A stretch of 64,000 bases of DNA from Eledone cirrhosa. Taxonomy: Eukaryota. The notes under the pieces are model-generated. The model made no database searches and was not told where the DNA came from. It saw only the letters and a program-made list of their open reading frames with translations. Shown here in pieces: positions 61,642 through 64,000 of the stretch (position 1 is the stretch's first letter; each line of letters starts with the position of its first letter). The position numbers were made by a program, and so were the translations under genes. Location: positions 117,428,001 through 117,492,000 of the forward strand of contig OZ024743.1 in the NCBI GenBank assembly GCA_964016885.1. Direction: 5' to 3'.

Positions 61642-61714
61642 GCCGAAATAGCTCAGTTGGGAGAGCGTTAGACTGAAGATCTAAAGGTCCCCTGTTCAAT
61701 CCCGGGTTTCGGCA
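61642..61714 (+). tRNA. trnF-GAA: tRNA-Phe(GAA), unit 50
   Basis: Array consensus. Confidence 0.92.
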
Positions 61715-62020
61715 TGCAGACGTATTATTTTCTCAAATATTTCTAATGATTTTGATAGAGAACTATATATGATTTAAATGACAATTAATCGAATGGTTCC
61801 TTTGTCAGTCATCAAAAAGTCACTTTTATTTTAGTAGACACCAAATAATACCAACTATCAACAAAACGTCGTATAGTTCAGGTGTGTTTTTAAACATTTA
61901 GTTCCGATTCAATAAAAGAGGAATATTAGACGACAATATCAGCTATTCAGTTTATCAATTCAAATAATGTGTTGAACATTCTAAACGAAACCGTCTATAT
62001 ATGAATGTATAGAAAGAGCT

Positions 62021-62026
62021 GTCTCT

Positions 62027-62060
<34 letters not shown>

Positions 62061-62094
62061 TGAAAGGTTGGTGGTTCAAGTCCACCCAGGGACG
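62021..62094 (+). tRNA. trnN-GTT: tRNA-Asn(GTT), unit 50
   Basis: Array consensus. Confidence 0.92.
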
Positions 62095-62430
62095 TAATAG
62101 TCTACTTTTGCTATAGAAACATTACTAAAAAATCTGTATATTTAGGTTTACAGCTTGCATTCAGAATTATTTGTAACACTAATACATGTTTCAATATATT
62201 AGCCTGATAAAGATTAATTTTGCTTTACGTTACCTAAACCATTTCATCTCTACTGGATTGTATTTCACCAAAAATCTTCATATTTCTATCTTAAACGAAC
62301 ACTGATCATCATCTGATGGAACATATAAAGTGTATGTTATAAAAAAAATTCAAATGTTTTAGCAATCTAAAGTAGATTATATTTGTTTGTTTAAGTCCTT
62401 TCGTAAATATACATTCAGCACGCACCATTG

Positions 62431-62503
62431 ATCCGGCTAGCTCAGTCGGTAGAGCAGGAGACACTTAATCTCAGAGTCCAGGGTTCGTGTCCAACGTTGG
62501 GTG
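62431..62503 (+). pseudogene. trnK-CTT: tRNA-Lys(CTT) pseudogene, unit 50
   Basis: As unit 9. Confidence 0.82.
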
Positions 62504-62898
62504 AAAATGGTATTGTTTCCATGATATGTTTTATAAAATTGACATTAATATTAATATTACGAAATAATTATATGGTACATTCATGTATCATGATCAATTG
62601 ATATTCACCCTAAATATCTAATTGCAAAGCGAAATTTTCAGTGAGTTTTCAAAGCATTCTTATATATTTATGAAATTATTTTGCTATAGGTATGATATGA
62701 ATTTACTAATATTAATTTTAGTATATAGAACATGCAACAGGAATAAGCAAGTTCAATTCAAATATTTATGTTTTACATATAAATTACTCGTTTCTAAATC
62801 ATAAATGATTATATTTCTCGAAGTATTTGTTTAATATAAATATATTGTGGCGATACTGATGTAATTATGACGTCAAATAGAGAGTCACTCGCTGTACA

Positions 62899-62971
62899 GC
62901 CGAAATAGCTCAGTTGGGAGAGCGTTAGACTGAAGATCTAAAGGTCCCCTGTTCAATCCCGGGTTTCGGCA
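62899..62971 (+). tRNA. trnF-GAA: tRNA-Phe(GAA), unit 51
   Basis: Array consensus. Confidence 0.92.
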
Positions 62972-63277
62972 TGCAGACTTATTATTTTCTCAAATATTTC
63001 TAATGATTTTGATAGAGAACTATATATGATTTAAATAACAAATAATCGAATGGTTCCTTTGTCAGTCATCAAAAAGTCACTTTTATTTTAGTAGACACCA
63101 AATAATACCAACTATCAGCAAAACGTCATATAGTTCAGGTGTGTTATTGAACATTTAGTTCCGATTCAATAAAAGAGGAATATTAGACGACAATATCAGC
63201 TATTCAGTTTATCAATTCAAATAATGTGTTGAACATTCTAAACGAAACCGTCTATATATGAATGTATAGTAAGAGCT

Positions 63278-63351
63278 GTCTCTGTGTCGCAATCGGTTAG
63301 CGCGTTCGGCTGTTAACTGAAATGTTGGTGGTTCAAGTCCACCCAGGGACG
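63278..63351 (+). tRNA. trnN-GTT: tRNA-Asn(GTT), unit 51
   Basis: G10T and a variable-loop G>T. Confidence 0.82.
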
Positions 63352-63687
63352 TAATAGTCTACTTTTGCTTTAGAAACATTACTAAAAAATCTGTATATTT
63401 AGGTTTACAGCTTGCATTCAGAATTATTTGTAACACTAATACATGTTTCAATATATTAGCCTGATAAAGATTAATTTTGCTTTACGTTACCTAAACCATT
63501 TCATCTCTACTGGATTGTATTTCACCAAAAATCTTCATATTTCTATCTTAAACGAACACTGATCATCATCTGATGGAACATATAAAGTGTATGTTATAAA
63601 AAAAATTCAAATGTTTTAACAATCTAAAGTAGATTATATTTGTTTGTTTAAGTCCTTTCGTAAATATACATTCAGCACGCACCATTG

Positions 63688-63760
63688 ATCCGGCTAGCTC
63701 AGTCGGTAGAGCAGGAGACACTTAATCTCAGAGTCCAGGGTTCGTGTCCAACGTTGGGTG
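63688..63760 (+). pseudogene. trnK-CTT: tRNA-Lys(CTT) pseudogene, unit 51
   Basis: As unit 9. Confidence 0.82.
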
Positions 63761-64000
63761 AAAATGGTATTGTTTCCATGATATGTTTTATAAAATTGAC
63801 ATTAATATTAATATTACGAAATAATTATATGGTACATTCATGTATCATGATCAATTGATATTCACCCTAAATATCTAATTGCAAAGCGAAATTTTCAGTG
63901 AGTTTTCAAAGCATTCTTATATATTTATGAAATTATTTTGCTATAGGTATGATATGAATTTACTAATATTAATTTTAGTATATAGAACTTGCAACAGGAA

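Larger units (their letters stand above)
1..64000 (+). repeat. Tandem tRNA-gene array / tDNA macrosatellite, ~51 x ~1,259 bp monomer (Phe-Asn-psiLys)
   Basis: tRNA-Phe starts recur at 1253, 2512, 3770 ... 62899. Spacers are near-identical between copies, with no unique sequence or inversion in the window. Confidence 0.99.

Noticed and set aside
1-64000. CRISPR array or prokaryotic/organellar tRNA operon
   Set aside because: Spacers are repeated rather than unique and there are no cas genes. The tRNAs are eukaryotic nuclear type with A/B boxes, T4 terminators and no encoded CCA.
1-64000. Pure assembly artefact of one collapsed or expanded unit
   Set aside because: Monomers carry structured, shared and private variants with higher-order periodicity, which is unlike copy-paste of one unit. 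The exact copy number still needs read support.

Overview
The whole 64 kb window is one head-to-tail tandem array of about 51 copies of an AT-rich ~1,259 bp monomer (observed range 1,252-1,260 bp), and it runs off both window edges. Each monomer carries three same-strand, animal-type nuclear tRNA sequences (no genomic CCA, no introns): tRNA-Phe(GAA), tRNA-Asn(GTT) and a structurally broken tRNA-Lys(CTT) pseudogene. Their starts are spaced about 379, 412 and 468 bp apart. All three carry array-wide fixed departures from the canonical animal sequence as I recall it: a Phe T52.C62 T-stem mismatch, an Asn G30.T40 wobble, and a collapsed Lys T-arm. SNP and indel patterns show satellite-like sub-structure: local 3-mer, 2-mer and 4-mer higher-order repeats, a haplotype switch near 10 kb, mosaic monomers and a more diverged zone at about 53-59 kb. 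No credible protein-coding gene is present; the listed ORFs are by-products of the repeat. All coordinates and variants were read by eye.
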